Origin: Octopus sinensis
Taxonomy: Eukaryota
NCBI RefSeq assembly: GCF_006345805.1
Contig: NC_043004.1
Span: forward strand, 21,576,001-21,640,000
DNA: 64,000 nucleotides
Direction: 5' to 3'
Positions within the stretch are counted from its first letter, which is position 1. Each line of letters begins with the position of its first letter. The notes under the pieces were generated by a model. That model saw only the letters and a program-made list of their open reading frames with translations, did not search any database and was not told where the DNA came from. Positions 61,860-64,000 of the stretch are shown here, in pieces. Made by a program: the position numbers and the translations under genes.

Positions 61860-62389
61860 GTTTATACATGCCTATCTAGATATATATACATATCTGTCTA
61901 TATTATGCATATATATATATATGTATACACACACAGACTTACGTGCGAAAATGTTGAACAATGTGAATGAGCACTCAACACCACATTGGTGAATAAAGAT
62001 TAATCCAAAATAGAGACGAAAACCATTTCCACATGTGATCGGCTAAAAAAATATAAAAATATTAAAAAAATATTAAAAAATATAAAAATATTTAGATCGC
62101 ATGAGACCAATGGTTTCATACAGAAAACAAAGTATTTATACATGCATATTTGCATGTGTGTAATGTAATGCATATATGTATGTACGTATGTATGCACACA
62201 AAAGCATTGCCAACAGAAAAAGCATAAACATGTGTTGGAAATGAATTCAGGATTTTGAGAATGAGAAGCTCAGCCTAGAATTAGAACAAGGTAATTTAAA
62301 AGTGTGTATAAAGAGAGGTATGTGAAAATCTTCTATGAAAACAAGCAGGAAATATATAAAAAAGATGTAAATAAGAGAACGATAAGTAT

Positions 62390-62425
<36 letters not shown>

Positions 62426-62560
62426 ATATACAAGTGCACACGCAGATATATACATACCTAAACACAAACATATATGGACCGAAACTTCTGCATACGTATA
62501 TACATGCACAAAAGCACATAATATATATACTGTATACACAAATCGGAAGAGTTAAAGTCT

Positions 62561-62642
62561 TTCTATATTTAAGAGATGAGGAATTATGCACATTAATTAC
62601 GTTTGACGGATATTTGTTCTCATCGTGTTTTTGGTTAACACA
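62561..62642 (-). mobile_element. Family A 3' fragment starting at the predicted hammerhead cleavage site
   Basis: Minus strand: gtgttaaccaaaaacacgatgagaacaaatatccgtcaaacgtaattaatgtgcataattcctcatctcttaaatatagaa. Confidence 0.75.
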
Positions 62643-62664
62643 TCAAAGATATATATATATATAT

Positions 62665-63050
62665 ATACATATTATATAAAATCCGTTCTGTCTGTCTCTG
62701 TGTGTGTCTTCTAGGATGTCGGGCATCCTCCATCCGATTGCGCTTAAATTTGATATCTAGATACCTACGGTATCAGGGCGTGTATAAGTCATGAAAATAT
62801 TACAAAAGTCGATTCCAGGTTAGAATGCGATCGATAAAGCCGTGGGAACGTATATTTGTACGTGCAAGTGCATCAGCTGTTTCGATCGATACTACGCGTA
62901 CGCGATAAAAATGCACGTGAAGTTTGTGCAAAAAAAGCCGGCTGGCTTGAAATAATGCCACAAAATGCAGTATATTTAAGAGACCCCAACATTTGCTTTA
63001 AATGTTTGACAACTCAGCACCGTCTGTTGGGCAGGGGGGCGTTTTGCTCG
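62665..63050 (+). mobile_element. Possible non-autonomous Helitron 5' part
   Basis: ttatataaaatccgttctgtctgtc...catccgattgcgcttaaatttgat resembles Helitron-N 5' ends; no CTAG terminus found. Confidence 0.35.
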
Positions 63051-63082
<32 letters not shown>

Positions 63083-63399
63083 CAATTGAACGCCAGCATT
63101 ACAGCAGTAAATTCAATCACTTTCCTAGTATAAGAAACATTATACACATCATTAACTAGTATTCATTAGTAAAGGTGATTTTAACAAAGTTCCTCATTGT
63201 ATTTGTTGTGATACTATAGGTGCCCATGTTCTAATATATTCAATGTTTGTAACATTACGGTTTTAAAGAATTTTTACGAAAATTATATAAATATAATAAT
63301 GATGATGATGATAATAATAGGTGTAGTAATTCTACGAATAATAATACGATAAGACTGTTCATAAAAATTAATGATAATACAAATGATATCGAAGAAGAG

Positions 63400-63452
<53 letters not shown>

Positions 63453-63657
63453 GTGTGCGCAGGCGTGTTGAACTATTGAAACTGCTTTAAACAATTAAAA
63501 ATTACTTGATTCTTAAATAATTCAGCATTAAATTGTATGAGAAAAAAACCAAAACGAACAAATTATATATTTTACACACACATACACAGTCAGGTTCTTA
63601 TATTTACAGTCATTCTTTCTCTCCTCTCTCTTTTTGTCTCTCTCTCTTGATATATAT

Positions 63658-63726
<69 letters not shown>

Positions 63727-64000
63727 GCATGTATGTATTTGTATACACACGCGCATATACATATATATATGCTTAATAAATATGTGTATAAACGCAAGAA
63801 TATTTATACATACAGATATTTATTAGTTATGCATATGCAGATATGTATGCATGTATATGTGCTTATATGTATAGATATGCACATAATGTGAGCTCATGTG
63901 TGTATAAATATAAACAAGCTTTTATGTACGTATAGCCATGCATATTTATATCTATATAATTACGTACACATAAGTATGTATATATATATTTATATATATG

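Noticed and set aside
1-64000. CRISPR arrays, rRNA, prokaryotic operons
   Set aside because: No regularly spaced repeat-spacer arrays or rRNA-like sequence; the window is clearly eukaryotic repeat-rich DNA.

Overview
AT-rich, microsatellite-dense animal non-coding DNA. The SINE families and repeat landscape look like an octopus genome (inference from recalled repeats, not a database hit). No host protein-coding exon could be supported; almost all listed ORFs are microsatellite artefacts or transposon pseudogene fragments. Recognisable elements: a full-length decayed mariner, a Tigger/pogo, one or two non-autonomous Helitrons, a Gypsy integrase plus one LTR, and fragments of RTE, L1/Tx1 and R4/Dong LINEs. 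There are also three tRNA-derived SINE families and several Penelope-like element (PLE) fragments. The most striking signal is a dense set of hammerhead-ribozyme (HHR) motifs in roughly six short repeat families. Two families have intact cores: a 35-nt minimal type I at 16157-16191, and a near-identical TA-repeat-associated element at 5.5, 46 and 47 kb. One Penelope family has a terminal repeat made of a tRNA-like Pol III head, an (AAT)n linker and a hammerhead. It also occurs as solo copies, one starting at the predicted self-cleavage site. All alignments, folds and coordinates were read by eye; element boundaries may be off by a few bases.
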